A stretch of 64,000 nucleotides of DNA, from positions 1 to 64,000 of IMG/VR virus record IMGVR_UViG_3300033153_001906. One strand, written 5' to 3'. The notes under the pieces are model-generated. The model ran no database searches and was not told the DNA's origin. It was given only the letters and a program-made list of their open reading frames with translations. Source of the stretch: a virus. Positions 1 to 9,958 of this stretch are shown piece after piece. The translations under genes were made by a program, and so were the position numbers. Numbering within the stretch: position 1 is the stretch's first letter; each line of letters opens with the position of its first letter.

Positions 1-192
1 CGGCCATTCGTCTTCCCCTTTTAGTCTAAGTTCGAAAAATTCTTTTCTAGTTACGCCCGATATAACTGTATTTGTTATGTCTTTTCGTTTCTTAAAATGA
101 AGTACGACAATTTGAGAGAACGTGCCATCTTCTTGTTCTTCCCAAGATACCGTCCCTCCAATAATTGTTTCCGCCAACCAATCGTCTTCCAT
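1..192 (-). CDS. Small hypothetical protein, truncated at window edge, carrying the shared C-terminal tag
   Basis: Not in ORF track. Manual translation MEDDWLAETIIGG...ISGVTRKEFFELRLKGEDEWP runs off the window end. Confidence 0.65.
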   Translation of the reverse strand, partial: MEDDWLAETIIGGTVSWEEQEDGTFSQIVVLHFKKRKDITNTVISGVTRKEFFELRLKGEDEWP

Positions 193-338
193 GTTAGTGT
201 AACCTGCGATCACTACCGCATTGCTTTTTCTTTATCTTCTCTAATATGCTTTCCATTCTTAGCCACTCAGATGTGCCCTTTTCATAATTCTGTTGTGCTA
301 ATTTAAGGGCAATTCCAAGAATGGTTAATTCGTTATAA

Positions 339-632
339 TCAAACGCCGCCATTGTCAGTCTCTTTTAATGTGCCATCTAGTTTACGCTTAAAGTATTCTT
401 CTTTGGTGAGTTCTTCTTTAAGCACTTGCCGCGTCGATCCATTGGTAGCCACAACTACTTTGTAGCAATTGTAGTTTCCAGTTGGCGTTTGTTGATAAAG
501 ATAGTGATGATAGTCTTCATTGTATACGCCACGGGGTGCAATTTCTCTATTCTTATGTACCAATTTTATTCCCCCATATGTATGCATGTACTCGCGCAGA
601 TACATTGTATCCACGCTTGATTGTTTCTTCAA
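339..632 (-). CDS. Hypothetical protein with shared C-terminal tag (true start probably downstream of 632)
   Basis: Ends LTKEEYFKRKLDGTLKE; follows queE in the operon. Confidence 0.65.
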   Translation of the reverse strand: MKKQSSVDTMYLREYMHTYGGIKLVHKNREIAPRGVYNEDYHHYLYQQTPTGNYNCYKVVVATNGSTRQVLKEELTKEEYFKRKLDGTLKETDNGGV

Positions 633-1464
633 CTACTGCAATGGCATCTTCATCTTGCTGTGATTCAACTGTAGCACCTACTGGCATAATCCATATAGGC
701 CAATGAACACCGCAATTGCGGAAATCTTCAATACGTTCTTCTAGTTCGTCCCATGCCTCTGGTCGATTGCTAACAACAAACTTTAATTGGCCTTTGCCAG
801 TAATGTCTTGATAAGTTTTTACGATAGCTGGTTTGATTGCACGTTCTGGTTTTTCACCAGACGTATAAAGTAATTTTGGTGATACTGACCAGAACCACTC
901 GCCCCCACTTGCCACATATGATGCAACAACTCGCGCCAAATCATCACTTATTGACTGTGTACCATTTGTCTCCACCGTAATGAAGCGCGGAAGATTTTCT
1001 CTGTCTGCCATCGCATGTAACAGTTCGACTTGTCCTTGTTGAGCATTGGGCATCATTGGTTCACCACCCGTCATACAGAAGTGTACGTCTTTGACTTCTC
1101 TGTTAGATGGAAGTGAAAACTTCCCATCAGGATTGTTATTGAATGTAATCAATTGTTTTTCTATTCGTTTAGCAATGTCAATTGCTGTATGTTCAGGGCA
1201 TAAATGCTTGAATTTCTTAGCCCAACTGTAGCTTGAATCACAGCCCAAGTCCCAAACAGGCATGTCTTCTATTCTCTTTACTGTTGATACGTCAAACTTT
1301 TTGTATGGTAGAATGTGTGTGCTGCGTTCTTCTGGTTGATTCTGCCCAAACCCATTACACTGTAAATTGCACAAGAACCAACGTAACCAGACGGTTGGCG
1401 AGCCAGTATAGGCGCCCTCTCCCTGAATTGACGTAAAAATCTCACTGTATTTATATTTATTCAT
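553..1464 (-). CDS. queE: 7-carboxy-7-deazaguanine synthase, radical SAM
   Basis: SEIFTSIQGEG..G.PTVWLRW..CNLQC, CDS, TGGEP, VETNGT, SVSPK and C-terminal R.H..IWGN.IGT motifs. Confidence 0.92.
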   Translation of the reverse strand: MNKYKYSEIFTSIQGEGAYTGSPTVWLRWFLCNLQCNGFGQNQPEERSTHILPYKKFDVSTVKRIEDMPVWDLGCDSSYSWAKKFKHLCPEHTAIDIAKRIEKQLITFNNNPDGKFSLPSNREVKDVHFCMTGGEPMMPNAQQGQVELLHAMADRENLPRFITVETNGTQSISDDLARVVASYVASGGEWFWSVSPKLLYTSGEKPERAIKPAIVKTYQDITGKGQLKFVVSNRPEAWDELEERIEDFRNCGVHWPIWIMPVGATVESQQDEDAIAVVEETIKRGYNVSARVHAYIWGNKIGT

Positions 1465-1489
1465 TTAAATACCTCTTATCACTCTTTAC

Positions 1490-2038
1490 TCATTTGACGT
1501 ACATCCTTGCAGTCCATCCATCTTTCTTCTGATGGGGGTTGTTCTTATTCATACCACACCAATTTCTGATTGTTACCAGATGTACTTTGTAATGTAGTGC
1601 TGCTTCCCCTAGTGTACCAAACTGTAGTCCATCTGGTGTTGTTACTTCAACGCACTTTCTAGGCCGTTCATTCCAAGGCATATCTGGTCTTACTTCATCT
1701 AGTTCTACGAGTACAGGTAGCTTACGTTTAAGAAAATCTATTGCCTTTTGTACGCCTTCTAATGTATCTCCCAATCGACCTATCGCTGTATTGCAATGCC
1801 AGCACAGCAATCCTCTTACTGTTTTTGTGTCGTGACAGTGATCTACTGCAAGTTTTTGCGGCAAACCACATTTGACATTATATTCTTCGTGCCTGCCACA
1901 ACATGCGCACTTATGATCTTGCCCTTCTAATAAGAAGTAATATTGCCTTAACGAAATCCCAAACTCCTTTCTGAGTCTTGAATCTTGCTTTTTTGTATAT
2001 GGGTATACAGCATTTCCTATTTCTATTACCTCACCCAT
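1490..2038 (-). CDS. Endonuclease VII-type HNH endonuclease with C-terminal DNA-binding module (probable homing endonuclease)
   Basis: Q..KCACC, LAVDHCHDT..VRGLLCWHCNTAIG.LGD; C-terminal FGTLGEAA.HY NUMOD/HTH-like segment. Confidence 0.85.
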   Translation of the reverse strand: MGEVIEIGNAVYPYTKKQDSRLRKEFGISLRQYYFLLEGQDHKCACCGRHEEYNVKCGLPQKLAVDHCHDTKTVRGLLCWHCNTAIGRLGDTLEGVQKAIDFLKRKLPVLVELDEVRPDMPWNERPRKCVEVTTPDGLQFGTLGEAALHYKVHLVTIRNWCGMNKNNPHQKKDGWTARMYVK

Positions 2039-2294
2039 TACTTCACCCTCACTCCAAGTACTAATAATATAGTTTCTGCCCAGCGGCCAGTGTAGTACTC
2101 ACTTGCATTGCCACCAAGCATATCAAAATCCTCTTTCTTTCCTTGACACAACTCATTGTCTTCCATGTGCAACCAAGTCAATACGTCTTGATCGTCACCA
2201 ATATTCTTGAACGGTTCCCAAATAATAGGAAGCGGCATTATTGATTCTATCAAGTTGCGCACTTGCTCTGTTGCTTGTTCTTTAGTCAGTACCA

Positions 2295-2609
2295 TTAGTT
2301 GTTACCATCATGCAATCGACTAACAAATCGGTGCTTCTTAAAATAGTTTTCAATCTGTTTCGCAGTAAGCACACCATCATTCTTTTCCGCTTCTTTCAAC
2401 ATATATCTTTCGTGCCAATCAATGCTGCCATTACGAACTAGTTTCAATCGTTCATCAGATATAGGATGAAAGTTAACAGTACAATCTTGGCTTGCTGCGA
2501 CTAACCATGCGCCAGCAACGGCTTCTACGCCATTTTCATACTGAAATTTAAATTCCATTTCCAGCTTGTCCCCTTGCCGCAATTCAAAAAAATCTTTATT
2601 GTCGTCCAT
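2295..2609 (-). CDS. Hypothetical protein, likely leaderless mRNA
   Basis: ATG lies 5 nt downstream of a consensus TATAAT; no SD sequence. Confidence 0.65.
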   Translation of the reverse strand: MDDNKDFFELRQGDKLEMEFKFQYENGVEAVAGAWLVAASQDCTVNFHPISDERLKLVRNGSIDWHERYMLKEAEKNDGVLTAKQIENYFKKHRFVSRLHDGNN

Positions 2610-2614
2610 CGTTC

Positions 2615-2643
2615 ATTATACTCTTTTTTAATCCGTTTGTCAA
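2615..2643 (-). promoter_or_regulatory. Sigma70-type promoter
   Basis: TTGACA-17nt-TATAAT on minus strand in an intergenic gap. Confidence 0.85.
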
Positions 2644-2653
2644 CTCGCGCTTC

Positions 2654-2923
2654 CTATTCTTCGCCCAATATCAGTTTACGTTTGAAATCATATTTGTCGT
2701 ATGCTTCGCGCAATGCTGCATAGTCTTCTAAATCTTTTTGACTCGGAGACTTAGCAAGAGCCATTGTCTCTCCGATTATTTCTAACAACGCACTATGGAT
2801 TTGTACAGCTTTGACCAATTCGTTAGTCACTTCAATGTACGTCTTTTCCATACGTTCGATCTTTGTTTCAAGACAGTCAACCGCTTGTACAACTTCGTCT
2901 ATATCACTCATCGCCAGCCACAC
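2654..2923 (-). CDS. Coiled-coil hypothetical protein, LREAY.KY family
   Basis: Ends LEDYAALREAYDKYDFKRKLILGEE. Confidence 0.7.
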   Translation of the reverse strand: MWLAMSDIDEVVQAVDCLETKIERMEKTYIEVTNELVKAVQIHSALLEIIGETMALAKSPSQKDLEDYAALREAYDKYDFKRKLILGEE

Positions 2924-3387
2924 TCACTGTAATTTCGTGGAAATCTTCTTCTGCTGTCATATACTCTGAGCAAAAAATTGTCTTGTGTTGTGTATGCTTC
3001 AATTTGTCTCTCCTTTCTCGCAGCACATAATCTATCATCATCCCAATACTCGTAACCATCGTACTTACCAGATAAATCTTGTAAGTAGTGTACCATTTCG
3101 TGAACGATAATGCTGTGCTGATATGGTGTCCATTCTCTATTAATTTCCCAGTACTTAGTATTTAGGTAAATTACAGCATCGACATCATCGTTATAGTATG
3201 CTCTGGCTACACATGGTTCTTTCTCTGTGTCGATGCCTTCGCAAAGTTTTTCTACAAAATGACTATGATCGGCGTAACGTATTTGTGGCATTACTTCTGG
3301 ATACTCATAGCCCGCAAGCAATGAAGCCCAACTCATTAACACTACAAGTATATCAGCCGTTATCGTCATCCTCATCCTCTTTTCCAA
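2908..3387 (-). CDS. Putative exported/membrane-anchored zincin-like metalloprotease
   Basis: Hydrophobic N-terminus; IVHEMVHYLQ (HExxH) with downstream E-AY. Confidence 0.6.
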   Translation of the reverse strand: MEKRMRMTITADILVVLMSWASLLAGYEYPEVMPQIRYADHSHFVEKLCEGIDTEKEPCVARAYYNDDVDAVIYLNTKYWEINREWTPYQHSIIVHEMVHYLQDLSGKYDGYEYWDDDRLCAARKERQIEAYTTQDNFLLRVYDSRRRFPRNYSECGWR

Positions 3388-3724
3388 TTAGTTCTTCTAA
3401 AAATTTGTACTTCTTATATGTCTCTCGTAGCATTTTATGCTTCTCTAGCTTGTCAGAATCAGGATCTGGTAGTATAGCTAATCGTTTTTCTATCGCATCA
3501 AGTCGTGCTGCCAAGTCTTTAAGTTTCCAATCATCCCCGTTCTCATCTGTAAAGACTAAATCACCCGTAACTGTCTCAGTCCATATTTGGGTATTATACT
3601 CAGTTCCATCATAAATGAGTATTTCATCATTGGCTGTATTGTAGTATGTGTCACCAATATTAGGAAGTTCAGTAATTTTGGTACTAGCCATTGAACAAAA
3701 CCTCAATGAGATCATTACATGCAA
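3353..3724 (-). CDS. Hypothetical protein, LREAY.KY family
   Basis: Ends LEKHKMLRETYKKYKFLEELIG. Confidence 0.7.
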   Translation of the reverse strand: MHVMISLRFCSMASTKITELPNIGDTYYNTANDEILIYDGTEYNTQIWTETVTGDLVFTDENGDDWKLKDLAARLDAIEKRLAILPDPDSDKLEKHKMLRETYKKYKFLEELIGKEDEDDDNG

Positions 3725-4799
3725 AGAATTTTGGTGCTTGTATATCGTTGTATGAATCTAGTCTCTCACGTATTCTATCGTAGTTGTCCATCATATAGTT
3801 AATTTGAAAGCACATCATTTCTTTAGTTTCTTTGAAACTCTCATAACTTTCTGTCCAGTAACTAGGATATAAAAAGTCTGAATAGCCTTCGAAGATTTCT
3901 GAATAACTAAGACGATCAGGTGCAAGAGGTAGTGCGCCAGTAAGTGGCCCCTCGATACACGTAGAGATACCCAATGTCTCTTGCAAGTTTGCAGAGAATA
4001 CCATCTTAGCTTCGCCAAGCAATGTGTGAAACTCATGTTTGGTTAGTTCTTGATCTTGACAGACAATGAACTCATATTGTGGTAGTTGCTCTGCCAAGTC
4101 TCGGAATATTTCTACTTGCTTCTCTGGCGCAATGCGGTGCGGGAACAGAATAAGATCGCGCTTTGGCAGATTCATATATGGCTTTAGTGTTTCTTCCATA
4201 TATTCCATAGGCCAGCCAGTGCGGCAATACTTTGTGTCGATTTCTTCTGGACTTAGTTCAGAGAAATGCCCATGATAAGGCTCGCGGAAACAGTTGCGTT
4301 TAAACATTTCAATATGAAATTCTGTTGCAAACCAGTTGTAGTCTACAGCATGGAAGATTGATTTTTCAAAGTTATTCGTCCAGCGTTTGTCTTTAATGAG
4401 TCGCCCCAAAAAGTCTTGCGGATCATAACTACCCGCATGCCATAATGCATGAATGACTACTGGAATTTGTAGTAGCTCACTCATGTATTTCAATTGTATA
4501 ATTCCTGAATGCCAAGCATCCGTGAATATAAATTGGTCACCTGGACTGACCTTGCCATTGGAGAATAATTCAGCAACGTAACTCAATTGATTATTTTTAT
4601 ATACGTTTGTCTGTGCAAAGTTTAAGAACGCGCCAGGTGTCGCTTTCAACTCTGCATCTCCTCCAGAGATATTTACAATCTCTACATCGGCCAATTCCCT
4701 GTTAGCTGCGGCAGCATTAAGCAGGGCGGGAATATGTCCTTTCCATTGACACGTATAACGTGTTGGTACGGACTCAAGGTCTACTACAAAAATCTTCAT
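3684..4799 (-). CDS. GT-B fold glycosyltransferase (GT4-like), probably acting on DNA or nucleotides
   Basis: FPHRIAPEKQ, ANLQETLGIS..EG...GA.P.APDRLSYSE motifs; lies within the deazaguanine gene region. Confidence 0.8.
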   Translation of the reverse strand: MKIFVVDLESVPTRYTCQWKGHIPALLNAAAANRELADVEIVNISGGDAELKATPGAFLNFAQTNVYKNNQLSYVAELFSNGKVSPGDQFIFTDAWHSGIIQLKYMSELLQIPVVIHALWHAGSYDPQDFLGRLIKDKRWTNNFEKSIFHAVDYNWFATEFHIEMFKRNCFREPYHGHFSELSPEEIDTKYCRTGWPMEYMEETLKPYMNLPKRDLILFPHRIAPEKQVEIFRDLAEQLPQYEFIVCQDQELTKHEFHTLLGEAKMVFSANLQETLGISTCIEGPLTGALPLAPDRLSYSEIFEGYSDFLYPSYWTESYESFKETKEMMCFQINYMMDNYDRIRERLDSYNDIQAPKFFACNDLIEVLFNG

Positions 4800-5059
4800 T
4801 TATCTTTTCCATTTGAACTTCGTTTGTCGCCAGCCAATTTAGCCTTAAATAACGCCTTCTCTGCTGCCTTTTCGCTGTAATACACGTTTTTATGAATTAC
4901 ATATTCAATTTTAGTTATAGGGTCACCATCCATGCGCACATACATCCACGGCACATCACGATCATCTTCCTCACCAAGCACTTCGCCTTTGTATAGCTTC
5001 ATATCTTCGAAGTGAACACACCAAACTTCTTGACGTTTTACATCTTTAAATACCATCAA
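4796..5059 (-). CDS. Hypothetical SH3-like protein with shared tag
   Basis: Ends AEKALFKAKLAGDK. Confidence 0.65.
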   Translation of the reverse strand: MMVFKDVKRQEVWCVHFEDMKLYKGEVLGEEDDRDVPWMYVRMDGDPITKIEYVIHKNVYYSEKAAEKALFKAKLAGDKRSSNGKDK

Positions 5060-5388
5060 TCATCCCGTCTGCTAATAAAATATGAGTCACCGTCGTAATC
5101 TACTACAGTACAAGATCCTTGATAGAGTTTTACTATCAATAATTCTGCAAGGTCTAATGCTTGATCTAGTAGTTCAACTTCTGTCTTGGGGAAACGTGGG
5201 TAGTTGATTAATGTTATAACCATCCCTGATTCGTTGCCCATTGTATAAACATATTCTTCCTCTGCCATACTAACACAAGCACCACGCATTACGTACTCTT
5301 GTAGAACAGCCCTAGCTAACATCATATCGCCAGCTATATGTATTTTAATTACGTGTGTCTTTGCGGTTTTAGTTGTTATCTTCTTCAT
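5056..5388 (-). CDS. Hypothetical protein
   Basis: Translationally coupled ORF within the operon. Confidence 0.65.
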   Translation of the reverse strand: MKKITTKTAKTHVIKIHIAGDMMLARAVLQEYVMRGACVSMAEEEYVYTMGNESGMVITLINYPRFPKTEVELLDQALDLAELLIVKLYQGSCTVVDYDGDSYFISRRDD

Positions 5389-5726
5389 TAAATAAGTCCA
5401 AAATCTCTTGTGGTGGATTCTCTAGTAAGTAAGAGTTATCCAATCGTGTAAAATAGGAAGTGCGCTCTTGTAGTTTCCATTCGCGTGACGCGCCTCGCCA
5501 ACCGCCTTTCTCGCAACGCTTAATCTTAACTTTGGTGGAGTCTTTTTGGTATTGGTTTTTATTTTCCACAGCTAAAAGTATTTTTGCTACCCGTAGCTCT
5601 GATCTGTGTCCATCTTGTGCTGCATATAGAATAATATCACCCTCAATAAGTGGATTATTCAATACGTCATACGCAATTGGATCATCACGTAACTTTCGCT
5701 CAAATAGTATTCTTTTTTTACTTTTT

Positions 5727-6125
5727 TCAGTCATCTTGTCCTAGTACAAGACGTTCAACCATCTTGTATTTCTTGTATGCCTCTCGCAGCATTTTATATT
5801 TCTTGAATGCTTCTTCATCTGGCAAGTCACTATCAAAGAGTACACCCATCTTCCGCATGCCCTCTTTCAGTTCTTCAAATTCGGCTTTCATTTCACGGCG
5901 CAATTTTTCAACTTCTGAAGTATTTACTTGCTCATTCATGTGTTGATTAAGAATTTTTTCAAATTCTTGCATCTGCTTTTTTTGCAAATCTTTCTTGATC
6001 TGATCCTCTGGTAAGATAATATTTGGTGGCATTATCTTTTTCTTTTGAGTTTCATACTCATTCATCATATCACGAAGTTCATCTGGAAGATCGTCGCGGT
6101 CATAATATGGATTGGCGCCTGGCAT
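5727..6125 (-). CDS. Coiled-coil hypothetical protein, LREAY.KY family
   Basis: Ends FKKYKMLREAYKKYKMVERLVLGQDD. Confidence 0.7.
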   Translation of the reverse strand: MPGANPYYDRDDLPDELRDMMNEYETQKKKIMPPNIILPEDQIKKDLQKKQMQEFEKILNQHMNEQVNTSEVEKLRREMKAEFEELKEGMRKMGVLFDSDLPDEEAFKKYKMLREAYKKYKMVERLVLGQDD

Positions 6126-6508
6126 TAGCTATCACCACACAAGACCATTGGGATGCCTTCTTCAATTGGATAGAATCCAACCGAGCCGTTCTCACCATCT
6201 TCACTAACTTCGATTTTTAAATCACGATCTGGATAGTTCATCATAATGTAAATTGCTAAATCATCTGAAATCATTTCACAACTCTTATAGTCTAGCTCAA
6301 GTATGCCCTGATTATATTGATCTTCAAGTTCACGCTTAAACAGAATAAACTCAATGTCTCTATCATCATGGAACACTTCAATCTCTACGCGGAAGTGAAA
6401 CATATGTCTGTGAGGATTGCGCAGAAACTCTACGCCCTTTGGTGCATCTGGATAGCAATGAATGCCTTCCTTCTGAAATGTTACAAATATAAATTTCTGC
6501 TTTTTCAT
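6125..6508 (-). CDS. QueD/PTPS-like T-fold enzyme
   Basis: EGIHCYP, HRHMFHFRV, DRDIEF, SCEM, VSEDGENG: His-rich PTPS-like pattern near queE. Confidence 0.75.
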   Translation of the reverse strand: MKKQKFIFVTFQKEGIHCYPDAPKGVEFLRNPHRHMFHFRVEIEVFHDDRDIEFILFKRELEDQYNQGILELDYKSCEMISDDLAIYIMMNYPDRDLKIEVSEDGENGSVGFYPIEEGIPMVLCGDS

Positions 6509-6909
6509 TATTGAAGTCCTGAATCTGAGTCTGATGAAAAACTGATTAATGGTTTTGCAGAAGTATCGCGCAATGCTCTGCCAACTGCTTGCGTGTTGCT
6601 CGATGAAACACGTACTTCATCAATTGAGCCTGACAACCCCTTATTGTTTTCAAAGTCACCATTGAGTTTCTTCTTGAAGTATTCTTTTTTAGAGTACTTT
6701 GTAAATCGTAATGGGTTTCTGGAACCTGGTTGTGATGGGCCGTATTCGCCCTTGCGCCAGTAATTCTCAAACAACACTCGACCATGATTGATTTTAGTTT
6801 CGTCAACTGATGTTGGCAACCATGCAAATTTCTTGTGCCATTCTCGTTGAGAATTTATTTTCGCTTGTTTTCTGTAACTCTTTGGTGGTCTGTTTATATT
6901 AAATTTCAT
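6508..6909 (-). CDS. Hypothetical protein, W..F..P family, with shared tag
   Basis: EWHKKFAWLPT...YSKKEYFKKKLNG; start refined to MKFNINR. Confidence 0.65.
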   Translation of the reverse strand: MKFNINRPPKSYRKQAKINSQREWHKKFAWLPTSVDETKINHGRVLFENYWRKGEYGPSQPGSRNPLRFTKYSKKEYFKKKLNGDFENNKGLSGSIDEVRVSSSNTQAVGRALRDTSAKPLISFSSDSDSGLQ

Positions 6910-7273
6910 TTTGCATCTCAAAAAATAGTACAGTTGTTGGCGCATCTTCTTTAAGGTCGTCGCCATAAATATGTTTCATTTCAGCTATGATTCCTTCGAC
7001 TGTTTGGCAGCTTGGATCATGCTCTAGAGATAGTACGCACTCTGGAATTTTGTTTAAGCATACAGTCATTACGCCAAGGATGTGTCCATAGCCATAGTCT
7101 GTCATACCATTTGTGTCTTTAATGTGTATTAGTTCGCCCATTGCATCAGCCCATTTATAACCATTGCGACAGGTAACATTAATTCCATCATGGAATACTG
7201 GATTGCTGAACAGTAATGTTCTTAGTTGTACTTCGTCTTCGATATTCATAAATACTGGTGCTGTGAATGTCAT
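6899..7273 (-). CDS. Hypothetical protein, possibly ASCH/PUA-like
   Basis: VTCRNG...GE.I..., M..IYG, V..F pattern; SD AAGGA upstream. Confidence 0.45.
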   Translation of the reverse strand: MTFTAPVFMNIEDEVQLRTLLFSNPVFHDGINVTCRNGYKWADAMGELIHIKDTNGMTDYGYGHILGVMTVCLNKIPECVLSLEHDPSCQTVEGIIAEMKHIYGDDLKEDAPTTVLFFEMQNEI

Positions 7274-7287
7274 TCTGTTTCCTTTTC

Positions 7288-7874
7288 TTATTGCGTTGTT
7301 GTTTTCAATCCGCTTGAAGTAGGTGCTCTTGCTTCTTGGTCATCATCGCAATCGTTGTCTACTGCGTTAGCTTTAGTGTCAACACTATCATCATCATCGT
7401 CAGTATCTAACCTGCGACCACGATTTGAACGGGTTGAGTTATGATTAGCAGCCCGCGCGCCGCGTCTGTTGCAGCGACTTGAATTGTAATCTTGTGCTTT
7501 TGTGTTGCCTGTGTCAAGATCGTTGCCAAACCCGTCTTCCGTTTCCCTTGCATTTTCTGCCGATTCTTCTGCGTTGTCAATAACTCCTGCTGTTGCGTCA
7601 CCCTCGACGCCTTCTTCAACTTTACTTCAATGCGGCTAGGGATAACGGTAAACTCTGTTGTTGGCCCCGCATCCAAATCCAAACTTGGTGGATCAATCTG
7701 TGCAGCATCTTCTGTGCATGGTGGATTTACTGCATTGCCAGTTGGCTCGCCAGTATTTTCATCAAGCAAATACAGGCACGGCCCATCTGCGGGAGTTAGT
7801 TTTTCAAATTTAACTCTGTCAGCTAGTGCTGCCGTCGATAGTAATACTGCTGTTAAAATAATAAATGTTTTCAT
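7288..7874 (-). CDS. Secreted low-complexity protein, apparently split by a -1 frameshift near 7622
   Basis: Signal peptide MKTFIILTAVLLSTAALA; the -1 frame after GTA-AAG is open to TAA at 7288, just before the next SD. Confidence 0.55.
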
Positions 7875-8392
7875 TTTCGTTTCCTATTAATTTTCTTTAC
7901 GTTCTTCCGAATCTTTTCTTCCATCATTCTCCGTTTCACTGGTTTTAAATGATCGAAGAACACGATACCATCTAAGTGATCGAGTTCGTGTTGCAGACAA
8001 ACCGCATCTACTCCATTAAGTATAACATTTTCTGGCTCGCCTGTCAATGATATTGAGTCAACGATAACACCCTCGTGTCGTACAACCCTTGCAAATATAC
8101 CAGGAAAACTTAGACACCCTTCTTCTGTCATTAGTGTTTTTTCTGTTTTCTCTTTAATAACAGGATTTATGAATGCTCGGTTGAGCGTTCCACCAACTTG
8201 TTCCGTGTCAATCACGAGGACGCGCAATGGAATAGCGCATTGTGTTGCTGCCAATCCCATGCCACGCCATGCTCGCATTGTTTCGAATAATGAATCAATT
8301 AGTTTTTCACACGACGGTAATGATTCGTCGTTGACTTCTACCGCTACTTCTTTTAAGCAGTAGTGCGGCCAAAATTTAACTTCAAGTATCAT
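7871..8392 (-). CDS. def: Peptide deformylase
   Basis: GMGLAATQ, EGCLSFP and QHELDHLDG motifs. Confidence 0.95.
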   Translation of the reverse strand: MILEVKFWPHYCLKEVAVEVNDESLPSCEKLIDSLFETMRAWRGMGLAATQCAIPLRVLVIDTEQVGGTLNRAFINPVIKEKTEKTLMTEEGCLSFPGIFARVVRHEGVIVDSISLTGEPENVILNGVDAVCLQHELDHLDGIVFFDHLKPVKRRMMEEKIRKNVKKINRKRK

Positions 8393-8670
8393 TGCATTTT
8401 ATCCTGTAGTTTGTCTATAAATACTTCTTTCTTGTTTGCATATGCTGTGTCTGTTACTGTGTACACTGGTGTCATGTGTGTTTTTGAATCATACTCGCCT
8501 AGTACTGATCCAAACCGTTCCCGTTTCCATGCCATACCAAATACTAATTTTCCTTTAACATCTGCTTTGGGGATAAAGACGAATGTACGTTCCCATTCTT
8601 CCCAATTAGAGAATTGCGCAGCCCTTATAATCTTGCGCCATTCTTTTGTATTTTTAATCATGTGTTCCAC
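8389..8670 (-). CDS. Hypothetical protein, W..F..PK family, with shared tag
   Basis: WEEWERTFVFIPK...YANKKEVFIDKLQD. Confidence 0.7.
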   Translation of the reverse strand: MEHMIKNTKEWRKIIRAAQFSNWEEWERTFVFIPKADVKGKLVFGMAWKRERFGSVLGEYDSKTHMTPVYTVTDTAYANKKEVFIDKLQDKMQ

Positions 8671-8888
8671 GCAACCTTCTAAGCAACAGTGATTGATTCT
8701 TAATCTTCCATTCTAGCAAATCTGCCGCTTTCTTTTCTTCTGATGCCTCGCCAGTGAATGTATTCCCTGCGTCCACTTCTATTTCGTGTCGAGAATCCCA
8801 TCCAGCCAAAAATGCATCTATGTACGGCTGGTCATGGTCACTATCACATTTCCAACATATATCATCGCAACTGTGTTGCTTATGTTTA

Positions 8889-9164
8889 TCACACCACCAA
8901 GGCATCGTCTTCTCCTTTTAAATTGTTTACAAAAATTTCTTTCTTGTTTCGTGCATACTCTATGCCGTCTTTACCAGGGGACAGGTAGTATCCAATAGCC
9001 TCTTCGTATTCGCGCACACGGCCTTCTAGCATTCTCGTCCACGCCCATCCTATTATCTCTCGACCAGTAATGGTTTCTTTAGGGAGAAATAAAAAGGTAC
9101 GCTTCCACGGAGTCCATGTTAGTTCATCAAAGATGAGTTCATCAGGATCGCAGATGAGCGCCAC
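8889..9164 (-). CDS. Hypothetical protein, W..F..PK family, with shared tag
   Basis: WTPWKRTFLFLPK...YARNKKEIFVNNLKG. Confidence 0.7.
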   Translation of the reverse strand: MALICDPDELIFDELTWTPWKRTFLFLPKETITGREIIGWAWTRMLEGRVREYEEAIGYYLSPGKDGIEYARNKKEIFVNNLKGEDDALVV

Positions 9165-9414
9165 TACTTCGCGCCTACTTTCTCTAAGATTTTATCTGCG
9201 CATTCTTTAGGATCAGTGTCAGTCCAGAAGCAATGGTATACATGGTTATTGACAAGATCATGTACATTTCCATGCCAGATTTGATCTTCAAATCCTCGCG
9301 GAAAATGTTTGCGCACTTCATCCATAAATGCTTCTATTTTAGAAGTATCTATTTGATCTGTGAGCATTGCAGCCAATCCTTGTCCAGCCACTTCTGCTCT
9401 TGGGTCACTGATAG

Positions 9415-9957
9415 TCATTCCACCACCTCGTCACCATCGTAATTGTCCCAATCAGTAAACGTTTCGCGTGTCATTAAGTCATGTAACTGGTGACACCAAA
9501 CGCCTGGATTGGAATGGTCAATGTCTTGATCGTCAAGTTTGATCGTTGTGTTGTAGTTGTAAATTTCTATGTTTGGAAGTTCAACAGAAATCATAGGAAT
9601 GAATCGACTGTTGCGCATGTGGTTCCCCATGCTGCGCATGATGAAGTTGTGAAAGCGCACTGGATAATCTAATGTTACCCAATAGCCCCCTGACAATAGT
9701 TCATCAACGATGTGTTCCCACTCATCAACCATATGAAAGCTTTTGTTAGCACCAAGATAAATGTGTCTTGCACCCATCTTATCTGCCCAACCAATAGTCT
9801 CGCCTGGGTCTTGTGTTCCTACTACAAACAGCGTTGGCTCACCATGTTGTGCAGTCTGCTCTACTTCTATTCCATAGAAGAAACTAGCGTCACCGTTAAT
9901 CATGCTATCGTCGTTCGCATAGTTTCTATGTAATGTTGTTTCTGCTTTTTCACTCAT
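9415..9957 (-). CDS. Hypothetical protein within the DNA-modification region
   Basis: G.EVE.T..HG.PTLFVVG, HIYLGANKSF, SNPGVWCH; function not assignable. Confidence 0.7.
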   Translation of the reverse strand: MSEKAETTLHRNYANDDSMINGDASFFYGIEVEQTAQHGEPTLFVVGTQDPGETIGWADKMGARHIYLGANKSFHMVDEWEHIVDELLSGGYWVTLDYPVRFHNFIMRSMGNHMRNSRFIPMISVELPNIEIYNYNTTIKLDDQDIDHSNPGVWCHQLHDLMTRETFTDWDNYDGDEVVE

Positions 9958-9958
9958 A

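Noticed and set aside
1490-2038. HNH gene as part of a group I intron
   Set aside because: Flanking genes look uninterrupted and the ORF is coupled to its upstream neighbour, so it is treated as free-standing
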